Below, one piece after another: positions 38,653-48,931 of a stretch of 64,000 bases of DNA (positions are counted from its first letter, which is position 1; the number at the start of each line of letters is the position of its first letter). The translations under genes and the position numbers were made by a program. The notes beneath the pieces are model-generated. The model worked only from the letters and a program-made list of their open reading frames with translations, ran no database searches and was not told the DNA's origin. The stretch is from Puniceicoccaceae bacterium. Its GTDB lineage: Bacteria; Verrucomicrobiota; Verrucomicrobiia; Opitutales; Oceanipulchritudinaceae. Location: positions 96,001 through 160,000 of the forward strand of contig JBFOMH010000017.1 in assembly GCA_040830765.1 (NCBI GenBank). The letters run 5' to 3'.

Positions 38653-38791
38653 CTTCAACGGATTAAAGGGACGCTGCGAGTGGCAAGCTGGCAAGGGAAT
38701 TCTGGCGGGGAAACCAGAGCCTGGAGTGATTTATTGTACGCCACCGGCAAATGGGCTTGCCTCAAACGGCCCTCACTCAATCAATGACGGT

Positions 38792-40339
38792 GTGACTAGG
38801 ACAGCGCTCATCAGTGTCAGTGATAAGACAGGAATTGTCTCCTTTGCGAAGGAGCTGGTAACACGCCACGGATTCAAGATCCTTTCCACCGGGGGAACCG
38901 CCAAGGCTTTGGCCGATGCCGGTATTGATGTGGTCGAGGTCAGTGACCACACGGGTTTTCCGGAAATGATGGAAGGCCGGGTCAAGACCCTGCACCCGAA
39001 GATTCACGGGGGCTTGCTCTGTCTTCGCGAAAAGCCCGAGCACATGGAACAGGCGGCTGCCCACGACATTGAGATGATCGAGATGGTGGTGGTGAACCTC
39101 TATCCCTTCGAGGAGACTGTGGCCAAGCCGGACGTGACCCGGGAAGAAGCCATTGAGCAGATAGACATTGGCGGGCCCTCAATGCTGCGGAGCGCGGCCA
39201 AGAATCACCAGTCCGTCACCGTCATTACGGATCCGGCCGATTATGGGCGGGTGCTGGAGGTACTGGATGATGCCGAGGCCCTGACCGCCCTGCGCCGCGA
39301 GCTGGCCATCAAGGTTTATGCCCGGACGAGTGCCTACGATGCCGCTATTACCCGTTTCCTGACGGAGGTCGAGAAAGGGCCGGATATTGAGGCTATCGCC
39401 GGTTTGCCGGAGCAGTTCACCCTGGAGGACGAAAAGGCGGCTTCCCTCCGTTATGGGGAGAATCCGCATCAGAAAGCAGCCCTTTACGGCCGCTTCTTTG
39501 ATGTCTTCGAACAGTTACAGGGCAAGGAACTGAGTTTTAACAATATCATCGACATCTCCGCAGCCACTTACCTCATCGGGGAGTTTGAACGGCCGACCGT
39601 GGCCATCTTAAAGCACACTAATCCGTGTGGCGTGGCCAGTGCGGAAAACCTTGTCGAGGCATGGGACCAGGCATTCGCCACCGACCGGCAAGCGCCGTTT
39701 GGCGGAATTATCGTGGTCAACCAGACGGTGGATGCCGAGCTGGCCAACCGCATCCGGGAGATTTTCTGTGAAGTGATCATTGCCCCGCACTTTGACGAGG
39801 AAGCGCGGGAGTTGTTCGCCAAGCGCAAGAACCTGCGCCTGATGATTACCAAGGATGGTGTGCGCGAGGATTCGTTGCTCGATATTCGATCTGCCATCGG
39901 TGGCTTCCTAATCCAGGACCGGGACCAGAAACGGCTCCGGCCGGCTGACTGCAAGGTCGTGACTGAACGTCAGCCGACCGATGAGGAATGGCGGGCGATG
40001 CTCTTTGGCTGGAAGGTGGTCAAGCACGTCAAGTCCAACGCCATTGTCTATGCGGGGGCTGAGCGGACCATCGGAATTGGTGCCGGCCAGATGTCGCGGG
40101 TCGACAGTTCGCGCATTGCTGTCTGGAAGGCTGGGGAAGCCAAACTTCCGCTCGACGGATCAATTATCGCCTCGGATGCCTTCTTCCCCTTTGCCGACGG
40201 GTTGGAGGCTGCCGCTGCCGCTGGCGCAACCGCCGCGATCCAGCCTGGCGGTTCCGTCCGGGACGAGGAGGTCATCGCCGCGGCCAATGCCAAGGGCATG
40301 GCCATGGTCTTTACCGGGATACGACACTTTCGCCACTAG
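38792..40339 (+). CDS. purH: Bifunctional AICAR transformylase/IMP cyclohydrolase
   Basis: [54 protein letters not shown] start at 38792. Confidence 0.97.
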   Translation: MTRTALISVSDKTGIVSFAKELVTRHGFKILSTGGTAKALADAGIDVVEVSDHTGFPEMMEGRVKTLHPKIHGGLLCLREKPEHMEQAAAHDIEMIEMVVVNLYPFEETVAKPDVTREEAIEQIDIGGPSMLRSAAKNHQSVTVITDPADYGRVLEVLDDAEALTALRRELAIKVYARTSAYDAAITRFLTEVEKGPDIEAIAGLPEQFTLEDEKAASLRYGENPHQKAALYGRFFDVFEQLQGKELSFNNIIDISAATYLIGEFERPTVAILKHTNPCGVASAENLVEAWDQAFATDRQAPFGGIIVVNQTVDAELANRIREIFCEVIIAPHFDEEARELFAKRKNLRLMITKDGVREDSLLDIRSAIGGFLIQDRDQKRLRPADCKVVTERQPTDEEWRAMLFGWKVVKHVKSNAIVYAGAERTIGIGAGQMSRVDSSRIAVWKAGEAKLPLDGSIIASDAFFPFADGLEAAAAAGATAAIQPGGSVRDEEVIAAANAKGMAMVFTGIRHFRH

Positions 40340-40345
40340 GCTGCC

Positions 40346-41434
40346 ATGGACATCAGCCCGGCCATCCTCGAAAGCACACCCTATTGCATTCTTGTGCTGG
40401 ACGAGGACCTGAGGCTGGTCTTCGGGAACACGAACTTCCACCGCTTCATCGAGGAAAACTTTGGCATTTCCATGGAGCCGGGATTTTCCCTCCTGGATGC
40501 TGTTCCTGAAGAAAAGCGGCCCCGTTACTCACTGCGACTGAAGGAAGTGCTCAGCGGCCAGTGTGCCCGCCTCGAGGAGTCCCTCAATATCAATGGCTTT
40601 ACCCGGTACTTCGACGTTACCTACCAGCCACTCGAGGGAGGGACGATCTGGGACAAGGTCGTTATCACCTTTGATGACATCACCTCGCGGAAACGAAGGG
40701 AGATGCGGCTTCTTGACGAGGAAGCACACCTGACAAACCGTATCGCCACCCGGGAAACCCTTCTCTCCGTCATTAGCCATGACCTCCGGGCCCCTGTTTT
40801 TCAGCTCAACGGACTCCTCTTCCTGATTCGCCAGGCCGCGGAGTCGCGGGATGAGGCCCGGTTGCAGATGCAGGCGGATGATCTTGAGCAGCGCATCGCC
40901 CACTTGACCCACACCTTGGATAACCTCCTGAGCTGGTCCAGCCTGCAACGCCAGGGGCTCGTCCCCCAGGTCACGCAATTCCAGTTGAAACCGGTTTTCG
41001 AACACGCCATCGGACTGCTCAAGCCCTCCGCGCATCAAAAGGATGTCCGTATCTACTGTAAGGGATTAAACGCAACCGAACTTGTCTCGGACCGCGAGAT
41101 GGTAGCCTTCCTGGTCCGGAACTTGATCAACAATGCGATCAAGTTTTCCCACAATTCCGGCAAGGTTGAAGTGACCGTCTCCCAGACCCGCGAAGGAGTA
41201 TGCTTCACGGTTAAGGACTTTGGCGTGGGCATGCGGCCCGATCGCATCGATTCCCTGAAGGACGGGGAAAACTATTTCAGCGAGACGGGGACCTGGGGCG
41301 AACACGGAACAGGACTGGGACTCAGCCTGTGTGCCGAATTCGTCAAGCGACTCAAAGGTGTCATGGCCTTTGATTCTTCCCCTGGGAAGGGAACGCTGGT
41401 GACAGTAACCCTGCCCCAGATGGACTTGTCGTAA
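40346..41434 (+). CDS. Cytoplasmic PAS-domain sensor histidine kinase (no adjacent regulator)
   Basis: PAS-like N-terminus, SHDLRAP, NAIKF, DFGVG, GTGLGL. Confidence 0.9.
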   Translation: MDISPAILESTPYCILVLDEDLRLVFGNTNFHRFIEENFGISMEPGFSLLDAVPEEKRPRYSLRLKEVLSGQCARLEESLNINGFTRYFDVTYQPLEGGTIWDKVVITFDDITSRKRREMRLLDEEAHLTNRIATRETLLSVISHDLRAPVFQLNGLLFLIRQAAESRDEARLQMQADDLEQRIAHLTHTLDNLLSWSSLQRQGLVPQVTQFQLKPVFEHAIGLLKPSAHQKDVRIYCKGLNATELVSDREMVAFLVRNLINNAIKFSHNSGKVEVTVSQTREGVCFTVKDFGVGMRPDRIDSLKDGENYFSETGTWGEHGTGLGLSLCAEFVKRLKGVMAFDSSPGKGTLVTVTLPQMDLS

Positions 41435-42454
41435 TCAGGAAGCCTGCTGCTTCGCCTCGACGTTGTCCTCGTAGAACTCCTTGAGGACTTCCATCCGCTT
41501 TGCCTCGAGGCGTTCCTCATGGATTTCCTCATGGCTGCGCTGGCGTTCGTTGGCAATGAGGGCCTTCCGCATGCGGGTTAAGGCCATGTTTTGCAACTGG
41601 CGCACTCGCTCGCGGGTGATTTCAAACATTTCGCCGACTTCCTCCAAGGTAAGTGGCTTATCCCCATTGAGACCAAAGCGAAGGCGGATGATTTCCGCTT
41701 CCCGCGGGTCCAATTCATCGATCAGGGTGTTGAGGTCATTGACCACGTTCTTGTTCTGGAGGTTTTCGAAAGGATTGATTGAATTCTCGTCGCCGATGAG
41801 GTCTCCGAACTCGGTTCCATCGTCATCCCCCACCGGGGCATCGAGGCTGGCCGGGCGAACACTGACGGACTTGAGATGGGCAACTTTGTTGACCGGCATC
41901 TCCATTTCATAGGCAATTTCCTCATCGGTCGGCGCACGTCCCAGAACTTCTTCCAGCTCCATGGTGATGCGGCGCATGCGGGCAATCTTGTCCACCAGAT
42001 GGACGGGTAGGCGAATGGTCTTACTCTGGTTGGCCAAGGCCCGCTTGATGGACTGCTTGATCCACCATGCAGCGTAGGTCGAAAGCTTTCCGCCCTTATT
42101 TGGGTCAAAACGCTCCACTGCCTTGACCAGACCGATGTTGCCCTCGCTGATGAGGTCCAGCAGGGGAAGGCCGAAATTGGAATAATCGTGTGCGATTTTG
42201 ACCACCAAACGAAGATTGGCTTTAATCATTTTTTCCCGTGCCTTGGGATCTCCCCGCTGAATGAGCGCTGCCAGCTCAACTTCCTCTGAGGGCTTCAGGA
42301 GTGGGGTTTTGCCGATTTCCTGAAGGTAAAGTTTTATTGTGCTCTTCTCGGAGGAGGGGAGGTCGCGGACGTCCTCGACTTCCGGCGTGACCGCAGCCGC
42401 ACTGCGGGTTACTTTGATTTCATTTAAGGCAGGCGCGTCTTCGTTAAGCTTCAT
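41435..42454 (-). CDS. RpoD/RpoS-family sigma-70 factor lacking region 1.1
   Basis: LYLQEIG, ANLRLVV, DLISEGNIGL, STYAAWWIKQ, TLEEVG...TRERVRQ; start at MKLNED. Confidence 0.93.
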   Translation of the reverse strand: MKLNEDAPALNEIKVTRSAAAVTPEVEDVRDLPSSEKSTIKLYLQEIGKTPLLKPSEEVELAALIQRGDPKAREKMIKANLRLVVKIAHDYSNFGLPLLDLISEGNIGLVKAVERFDPNKGGKLSTYAAWWIKQSIKRALANQSKTIRLPVHLVDKIARMRRITMELEEVLGRAPTDEEIAYEMEMPVNKVAHLKSVSVRPASLDAPVGDDDGTEFGDLIGDENSINPFENLQNKNVVNDLNTLIDELDPREAEIIRLRFGLNGDKPLTLEEVGEMFEITRERVRQLQNMALTRMRKALIANERQRSHEEIHEERLEAKRMEVLKEFYEDNVEAKQQAS

Positions 42455-42623
42455 GTTACTATGGCAAGAGGTTTTTAAGTGGGCTTTATTCTCACTTTTT
42501 GGTGTGCAGCGGTAAATATTCTTGCAAGAAGCGGTGGCTTTATCTCGCAAGTGGTCTTTCGGCGGGATGAGCGGTGAATCCCACCCCGGCGAAGGTCCCC
42601 AAATACCCTGCGCACCATCTATT

Positions 42624-42643
42624 GAGACTGAGAATCATTAAAT
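42624..42643. promoter_or_regulatory. Candidate Fur-type box between the sigma factor and priA
   Basis: GAGACTGAGAATCATTAAA matches 14/19 of GATAATGATAATCATTATC; core shared with 5454-5468. Confidence 0.5.
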
Positions 42644-42713
42644 TTGTTCAAAGAATCAAGGAAAAAGTGGCGAAGGAACCCTTGCGATTGGGAGGGGAGG
42701 GGTAGATAAGTGT

Positions 42714-44966
42714 GTGGAGATGAGCGGACGGGACGGGACAGTGACGGTAATGCCCTTGAAGGGGGTGGGTCGTGGCTTGGCGTACCGGGTGGACGAGGGG
42801 TACTGGGAGCGACTGGGAATCGGGAGCCTGGTGCGGATACCGTTGGGGCGGCGAACGGAGCTTGGTGTGGTAATCCGGCTGGGGGATGATGGCGAAGTGG
42901 GCCCTGAGCGAATGAAGCAGATAATGGGTCTGGAGCAGCCATTTCCGGTAGTCGGGGAGGACGGCATCCGGTTGGCGGAGTGGATGGCGGGCTACTACAG
43001 CTGCGGGATGGAACAGGTCTTGGAGGTGATGATTCCGCGAGCGGTGCGGCGTGGGATGCGGCAGAAGGAGGAGCGCCACTTGCGGCTGGCTGAGGCGCTT
43101 GATGCGGAGGTTCTGGAGGTCCTGGGGCGTCGGGCGCCGAAGCAGAAGGCGGTGGTTGAATTTCTTGCCCAGCAGGCGATCAGCGGAAGCTGGCCCCGGG
43201 GGATTTTGATGAAGCGGCTGAAGGTCTCGCCAACGGTGCTGGACGGCTTGGTGGAAAAGGGGATTCTGGAAGAGAGCCGGGAGGTAGCGGAGCGGGTAGC
43301 CTATGGTGATGGATCGGGTGGCATCGAGCAGGTGGCAACCCATGGATTCACCCTGACGGATGAACAGGCGGCCTCGGCCGGGCACATCCGCGAGACATTG
43401 CGGGAAGGGGGCTTCGGGGTGCATCTCCTGCATGGGGTGACCGGTTCGGGGAAGACGGAAGTCTACATGCGGATCATGAAGGAGGTCCTGCAGGAGGGGG
43501 GTGGCATTATATTTCTCGTGCCGGAAGTGGCCCTGACGCCCCAGACAGTAGGACGACTGCGGGCACGGTTTGAGGCGGTCGGCGGTGACAAGGTGGTGGT
43601 CTGGCACAGTCATTTATCGGATGGGGAGCGCTATGATGCCTGGCGGGCTCTGGCAACGGGCGAGGCCCGGGTGGTCGTTGGGGCCCGGTCGGCGGTCTTT
43701 GCCCCCGTGGACAACTTGCGGCTGATCGTGGTGGACGAGGAACACGAGCCAGCCTACAAGCAGGAGGAAGTGCCGCGCTACCATGGCCGGGATGTGGCGG
43801 TCTACCGGGCCATGCTGAACGAGGCCCTGTGCATCCTTGGCAGCGCGACGCCTTCCCTGGAAAGCCTGCACAATGTGAAGAACGGCAAATACAAGGTCGA
43901 TCGGCTGCACAAGCGGGTGGATGATCGCCAGCTTCCACTGATGCATGTGGTCGACATGCGCCGCGAAAAGGGCGGTCAGGTCTTTTCGCGTCTGCTGGCC
44001 GACAAGTTGCAAGAGCGCATCGAGCGCAAGGAACAGGCCATTCTCTTTATCAACCGGCGGGGGCACGATGCCTCGCTCCACTGTCCCGACTGTGGGTTTG
44101 TCGCTCTCTGCGATCATTGCAGCATCACCCTGACCCACCATTACCATGACCGGCGCATGCGCTGCCACATGTGCGGGCATGAGACAGCAGTGCCGCCAAC
44201 CTGCCCGAATTGCCGGTCACCAAAAATCCACTACAAGGGAAGCGGGACGCAGAAGGTCGAGGGGATTGCCAGGAAGCTCATGCCCTTTGCCAACATCGTC
44301 CGGATCGACGCCGACACGATGCGGCGGCGCCATGCGCTGCGGGAGCAGCTGGCGGCCTTCCGCCAGGGAAAGATTGATGTCCTCGTGGGGACGCAGATGA
44401 TCGCCAAGGGGCTGGATTTTCCGAATGTCACTCTGGTCGGCTTGTTGGATGCCGACCTTTCCATGCACCTGCCGGATTTCCGGGCGGCAGAGCGCACCTT
44501 CCAGTTGCTGGTACAGGTCTCCGGCCGCGCGGGACGCGGGGACAGGGCAGGGGAGGTTGTTGTGCAAACCTACATGCCCTCGGCGGCGCCGGTCCAGTAT
44601 GGGAGGCAGCAGGACTTTGACGGGTTTACGGACGAGGAGCTGGAACACCGCCGGGAGTTCGGATATCCGCCCTACCGGCACTTGATCCATCACCTTATTC
44701 GGGGGCCGAGCGTGGAGAAGGTCGAGTTTTATGCCAAGCAGTGGATCAAGCAGGTCGGTCCGGGCCTGAAGGAACTCGGAGTCGAGGTCCGTGGCCCGGC
44801 CCCGTGCCCCATCGAGCGGATCCAGAACATGTTCCGTTACCAGATCTGGTATTTCACCGGCAACGTTAGTCGCATCATGCCCTTCCTCAATCAACAGCGG
44901 GCGGCCTTCAAGTGGGACCCCGACTTGATCGAGGTGGTCGATGTTGACGCCTTTCACCTGATTTGA
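42714..44966 (+). CDS. priA: Primosomal protein N' (replication restart helicase)
   Basis: GVTGSGKTEVY, DEEHE, SATPS, Cys-rich zinc region, GTQMIAKGLDFP, QVSGRAGR. Confidence 0.97.
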   Translation: MEMSGRDGTVTVMPLKGVGRGLAYRVDEGYWERLGIGSLVRIPLGRRTELGVVIRLGDDGEVGPERMKQIMGLEQPFPVVGEDGIRLAEWMAGYYSCGMEQVLEVMIPRAVRRGMRQKEERHLRLAEALDAEVLEVLGRRAPKQKAVVEFLAQQAISGSWPRGILMKRLKVSPTVLDGLVEKGILEESREVAERVAYGDGSGGIEQVATHGFTLTDEQAASAGHIRETLREGGFGVHLLHGVTGSGKTEVYMRIMKEVLQEGGGIIFLVPEVALTPQTVGRLRARFEAVGGDKVVVWHSHLSDGERYDAWRALATGEARVVVGARSAVFAPVDNLRLIVVDEEHEPAYKQEEVPRYHGRDVAVYRAMLNEALCILGSATPSLESLHNVKNGKYKVDRLHKRVDDRQLPLMHVVDMRREKGGQVFSRLLADKLQERIERKEQAILFINRRGHDASLHCPDCGFVALCDHCSITLTHHYHDRRMRCHMCGHETAVPPTCPNCRSPKIHYKGSGTQKVEGIARKLMPFANIVRIDADTMRRRHALREQLAAFRQGKIDVLVGTQMIAKGLDFPNVTLVGLLDADLSMHLPDFRAAERTFQLLVQVSGRAGRGDRAGEVVVQTYMPSAAPVQYGRQQDFDGFTDEELEHRREFGYPPYRHLIHHLIRGPSVEKVEFYAKQWIKQVGPGLKELGVEVRGPAPCPIERIQNMFRYQIWYFTGNVSRIMPFLNQQRAAFKWDPDLIEVVDVDAFHLI

Positions 44967-44993
44967 TGCCTCCCTTGGAGCGCGGAAAACCCC

Positions 44994-45052
44994 TTGGAGT
45001 GCGGCGACATGTCGCCGCTTTGGAAGGCGGCGCCGAGGCGCCGCACTCCAAA
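44994..45052. repeat. REP-like inverted pair (second family)
   Basis: TTGGAGTGCGGCGACATGTCGCCGCTTT ... AAGGCGGCGCCGAGGCGCCGCACTCCAAA, plus a partial CTTGGAGCGCGG just upstream. Confidence 0.8.
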
Positions 45053-45077
45053 GTTGCCGCTTTAAATTAAACCTGTC

Positions 45078-45881
45078 ATGGGTTGTTTAATGTTTGCTTT
45101 CTTCCGATGGCTGGAGCGGCTTTCGCTGGATGCGGTTATTGTGGCCGTGCTGTGGGGATGGGTGCTTTCCCTGCTGGCAGGCCTGACTGTCAACCCCGCC
45201 ACCTTGCTGGTGTTGGCGATGGCCACTTGGCTCACCTATGTCGCCGATCGCCTGCGGGACACAGCCCCGGGCCGGGAGGTTCCGGAAACAAGCCGCCACC
45301 TGTACTACAGGCGTCACTACAATCAGTTCCGGACCATCTGGCTGGCTGTTTTTCCTATGACCGTCCTGTTGGCAGTTCTTCTTCTGCCTTTGTGGAAGGT
45401 CCTGTGGGGCTGGAGTCTGGTGGCGATCATTGCCGCTTATCTCCACCTGCTGGGGAAAGCCGCCAATCCTTCCCAGCGCCTCCTCCTGAAGCGGTTGATG
45501 GTGCCGATTATCTTTACTGCCGGTGTCGGCTGGATGGCCGAAGGCTGGCGCACCATGGAGTCCGGTGCAGCTGTCTTGATTCTCTTTCTGGCCTCATTGG
45601 TGAACGTGCTTCTAATTTCGATGGAAGAGGGCAAGGACAGTTTGGTTCCCCGTTGGCTCCCTGGCTTCCTCGGCGCTTCCCTAGTTGCACTGGTGCTGGC
45701 CGGTAACGCCTCCCTGCTGATCCATTGGCCGGTCGGGGTGGCAGCGCTTTATTGCTCGATGGTGTACTTTGTCCTCTTATTGCGGATCAAGGGAAGCCGC
45801 GTTGACTGGATAAGATTGTGGGCGGATGCTGCGCTCGCTGATGGAGCGATCCTTATCGTAATCCTGCAATTTTTCCTTTGA
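45078..45881 (+). CDS. Polytopic membrane protein, possibly distant UbiA prenyltransferase-like
   Basis: Multiple TMs; 'LSLDAV', 'WLTYVADRLRD', 'RH.YY'. Confidence 0.5.
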   Translation: MGCLMFAFFRWLERLSLDAVIVAVLWGWVLSLLAGLTVNPATLLVLAMATWLTYVADRLRDTAPGREVPETSRHLYYRRHYNQFRTIWLAVFPMTVLLAVLLLPLWKVLWGWSLVAIIAAYLHLLGKAANPSQRLLLKRLMVPIIFTAGVGWMAEGWRTMESGAAVLILFLASLVNVLLISMEEGKDSLVPRWLPGFLGASLVALVLAGNASLLIHWPVGVAALYCSMVYFVLLLRIKGSRVDWIRLWADAALADGAILIVILQFFL

Positions 45882-45905
45882 AGGCGATCCGGGGCTGGAC
45901 ACGCC

Positions 45906-46949
45906 TCAACTGTCCGGGAACTCGCCTTCCTCGACGGTCCAGCAATCATCCGTGTAGAGGAGCGACTGGATGTCGCCGCGGCCGAGCTTTTCCTGGGCAG
46001 TCTCGATCTGGTTGGAGACCTCGACCTCGTAGCAGGGACGGTTGATCTGGCGCAAGACGCCAACCGGTGTCGGGAGCTCCGGGTAGGCCATCTGGGCCAG
46101 CATCTGAGTGTAGAGGGCGCTCGGATGCTTGGAATCGTGGACAAGGATATCTTCCATGTCCGCGCCACCGGCGCCGATCTTGACCTTTTCAGGCGTCAGG
46201 CCGTTGAGGCGGATGCCATGGTCCTTGTCCTTGCCAAACAGCAAGGGCTGGTCCTCTTCCAGAAAGAGCAATTCGTCATCGCGGGTCTGGCGGCCATAGA
46301 CCGGATCCCATGTCTTGTCATTGAAGATGACGCAGTTCTGCAGGATCTCGACAAAGGAGACGCCCTGGTGTTCGTGGGCGGCCTTGAAGATTTCCACCAT
46401 GTGCTTGACGTTGGTGTCGTAGGTCCGGGCGATGAAGGTGGCCTCCGCACCGAGGGCAAAGAGGAGCGGATTGATCGGGTTATCGACCGATCCCATGGGG
46501 GTGCTCTTGGTGCGCGTCCCGACCTCCGAGGTCGGGCTGTACTGGCCCTTGGTCAGGCCGTAGATGCGGTTGTTGAAAAGGAGGATGTTGACGTTGACGT
46601 TGCGCCGGAGGATGTGGAGGAGGTGATTGCCCCCGATGCTCAGTCCATCCCCGTCCCCGGTGATGAGCCAGACGCTGAGGTCCGGATTGGCCACCTTGAC
46701 CCCGGTCGCCACCGCCGGGCCGCGCCCGTGGATGGTGTGGAATCCGTAGGTGTTCATGTAGTAGGGAAAGCGGCTGGAGCAGCCGATTCCGCTGACAACG
46801 ACAAAATTCTCCCGGGCCACGCCGAGTTCCGGGAAGGCCCTCTGGAGCGAGTTGAGGATGGCGTAATCGCCACAACCCGGGCACCAGCGCACATCGTTGG
46901 CGGTGACAAAATCCTTCTTGGTCAGGGGTTCTTCTGGTGTGGTGCTCAT
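45906..46949 (-). CDS. 2-oxoacid:ferredoxin oxidoreductase beta subunit
   Basis: WCPGCGD, SGIGCS, HGR, TPP motif GDGD...NNRIYGLTKGQ. Confidence 0.95.
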   Translation of the reverse strand: MSTTPEEPLTKKDFVTANDVRWCPGCGDYAILNSLQRAFPELGVARENFVVVSGIGCSSRFPYYMNTYGFHTIHGRGPAVATGVKVANPDLSVWLITGDGDGLSIGGNHLLHILRRNVNVNILLFNNRIYGLTKGQYSPTSEVGTRTKSTPMGSVDNPINPLLFALGAEATFIARTYDTNVKHMVEIFKAAHEHQGVSFVEILQNCVIFNDKTWDPVYGRQTRDDELLFLEEDQPLLFGKDKDHGIRLNGLTPEKVKIGAGGADMEDILVHDSKHPSALYTQMLAQMAYPELPTPVGVLRQINRPCYEVEVSNQIETAQEKLGRGDIQSLLYTDDCWTVEEGEFPDS

Positions 46950-46953
46950 GGCT

Positions 46954-48798
46954 TCAGGAGGGGATGAGGTTGAGGATGGCGTCGCGGACTTCAGCGACCT
47001 TGAAGGGACGGCCCATGACCTTGGTCAAGGGCACGGCATCGATGAGGTACTTCGCACGGACCAGCATCGCCAGCTGTCCGGTGTTGAGCTCGGGAATGAT
47101 CACCTTCTTGAACCGCTTCAGGGTGTCGCCCAGGTCGTTGGGCAGGGGATTGAGGTGGCGCAGGTGAACACTGCTGACGCTGTAGCCTTCCGCCTGCAGG
47201 GTACGGACGGCGGAAGTGATGGCCCCGAAGGTACCGCCCCAGCCAAGAGCGAGAACGTCGCCTTCCGGTTCCCCGTTGATGATCAGCGGGGCGTAGGAGT
47301 CGGCGATGCGCTGAATTTTCTCGGCGCGCATGTTCGTCATATGGTCGTGATTCTCCGGATCGTAGCTGACTTCGCCAGCATCGTTCTTTTCCAGACCACC
47401 GAGACGGTGTTCCATGCCCTTGGTCCCGGGGATGGCGAGGGCGCGGGCAAGCGTCTCCGGGTCCCGTTCGAAAGGCCGGTATGGCTCGTCCGCCGGCGGC
47501 GTGTTGACCCTGAAGGGGGCAAACTCGTCAAGGTTCGGCAGGCGCCAGGGCTCCGCCCCGTTAGCCACGTAGAGGTCGCTCAGGAGGAGAACCGGCGTGT
47601 TGTAGGTCACAGCAATCCGCATCGCCTCATAGGCCACCGGGAAGCAATCGGAGGGGGACATGGCAGCAACGATCGGCAGGGGACTCTCCCCGTGCCGGCC
47701 AAACATGGCCTGGAGGAGGTCGGACTGTTCGGTCTTGGTGGGTAGACCGGTACTGGGACCCCCGCGTTGAATGTTGCAAATGACCAGCGGCAGCTCGGCC
47801 GAAGCGGCGAGCCCCATGAACTCGGACTTGAGGCACATCCCCGGACCACTGGTGCCAGTGATGCCGAGCGAACCGGCAAAGCTGGCCCCGAGGGCCACCC
47901 CGATGGCGGCAATCTCGTCCTCCGCCTGGACCGACTTGATGCCAAAGTGCTTGTAGGTGGAGACCATCTCGAGGATAGAAGATGCTGGCGTGATGGGATA
48001 GCCGGAGTAGACCAGGTCCTTTCCGGCCTGGCGCGCGGCGGCGACAAAGCCAAGGACCAGCGCCTCGTTGCCGGAAATCTTGCGGTAGGTACCGGGGCGG
48101 ACGGCGGCCTTGGTGACGGAATAGCGATTCCGGTGGATTTCCGAGGTCTCTCCAAAGAAGTATCCGGCCTTGAGAACCTGTACATTGGCCTCGGCCACGT
48201 CGGGGAGTTTTTTGGCCCACTTGCCCTCAACGAATTTCACCGTCGGATCGAGCGGGCGCCCATAGACCCAGTATGTGAATCCAAGGGCGAAAAAGTTCTT
48301 ACAGCGCAGCTTGTCGCGAGTCTTCAACGGGCTGTCCTTGAGAGCTTCCTTGGTCAGCTCGGTGATATCGATGGAAACCACCTCGTACTTCTGGGCCAGG
48401 TCGGGATCATCCAGCGGATTGGACTCGAAGCCCGCCATCTTGAGGTTTTCCGGGGTGAAGGCCCCCGTGTTGACGACCAGCAGGCCGCCCTGGGTAAGGT
48501 CTTCGAGGTGCACCGCGAGGGCGGCCGGGTTCATGGCCACGAGGGCGTCCGGCTCATCCCCGGGAGTGAGGATTTCGCGGCTCCCGAAATGGACCTGAAA
48601 GGCGGAGACGCCCGGGATAGTCCCCGCCGGGGCCCGGATCTCCGCCGGGAAGTCGGGAAAAGTGGCGATCGCGTTGGGGACGACCACGCTGCTGTCTGTG
48701 AACCGTTCGCCGACCGTCTGCATGCCATCGCCGGAATCACCAGCGAAACGGACGACCACCGATTGGCGTTCCTCGAAACCAGGAGTGTGTTGAGTCAT
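46954..48798 (-). CDS. 2-oxoacid:ferredoxin oxidoreductase alpha subunit (fused gamma)
   Basis: AGDSGDG, FPAEIR, YPITPAS, QAEDEIA, QRGGPSTGLPT; start at MTQHTP. Confidence 0.95.
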   Translation of the reverse strand: MTQHTPGFEERQSVVVRFAGDSGDGMQTVGERFTDSSVVVPNAIATFPDFPAEIRAPAGTIPGVSAFQVHFGSREILTPGDEPDALVAMNPAALAVHLEDLTQGGLLVVNTGAFTPENLKMAGFESNPLDDPDLAQKYEVVSIDITELTKEALKDSPLKTRDKLRCKNFFALGFTYWVYGRPLDPTVKFVEGKWAKKLPDVAEANVQVLKAGYFFGETSEIHRNRYSVTKAAVRPGTYRKISGNEALVLGFVAAARQAGKDLVYSGYPITPASSILEMVSTYKHFGIKSVQAEDEIAAIGVALGASFAGSLGITGTSGPGMCLKSEFMGLAASAELPLVICNIQRGGPSTGLPTKTEQSDLLQAMFGRHGESPLPIVAAMSPSDCFPVAYEAMRIAVTYNTPVLLLSDLYVANGAEPWRLPNLDEFAPFRVNTPPADEPYRPFERDPETLARALAIPGTKGMEHRLGGLEKNDAGEVSYDPENHDHMTNMRAEKIQRIADSYAPLIINGEPEGDVLALGWGGTFGAITSAVRTLQAEGYSVSSVHLRHLNPLPNDLGDTLKRFKKVIIPELNTGQLAMLVRAKYLIDAVPLTKVMGRPFKVAEVRDAILNLIPS

Positions 48799-48895
48799 GT
48801 GCCGAATACGTTGAGGGAGAGGATGTGCGGTTAAACTTGGAAATACTCCATCCGAAGTCAACGCGCGATGACAGGCTCCGGTAACATTTCAGTCA

Positions 48896-48923
48896 CCGGA
48901 ATTTTACGAAAAGTAAATTCCGG
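48896..48923. terminator. Inverted repeat (terminator of the HAF gene or operator of the oxidoreductase operon)
   Basis: CCGGAATTTTAC-GAAAA-GTAAATTCCGG. Confidence 0.45.
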
Positions 48924-48931
48924 GAAATTGC

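Noticed and set aside
38653..38791. ZTP riboswitch upstream of purH
   Set aside because: Only a small TCTGG...CCAGA hairpin; the conserved ZTP elements could not be identified by eye
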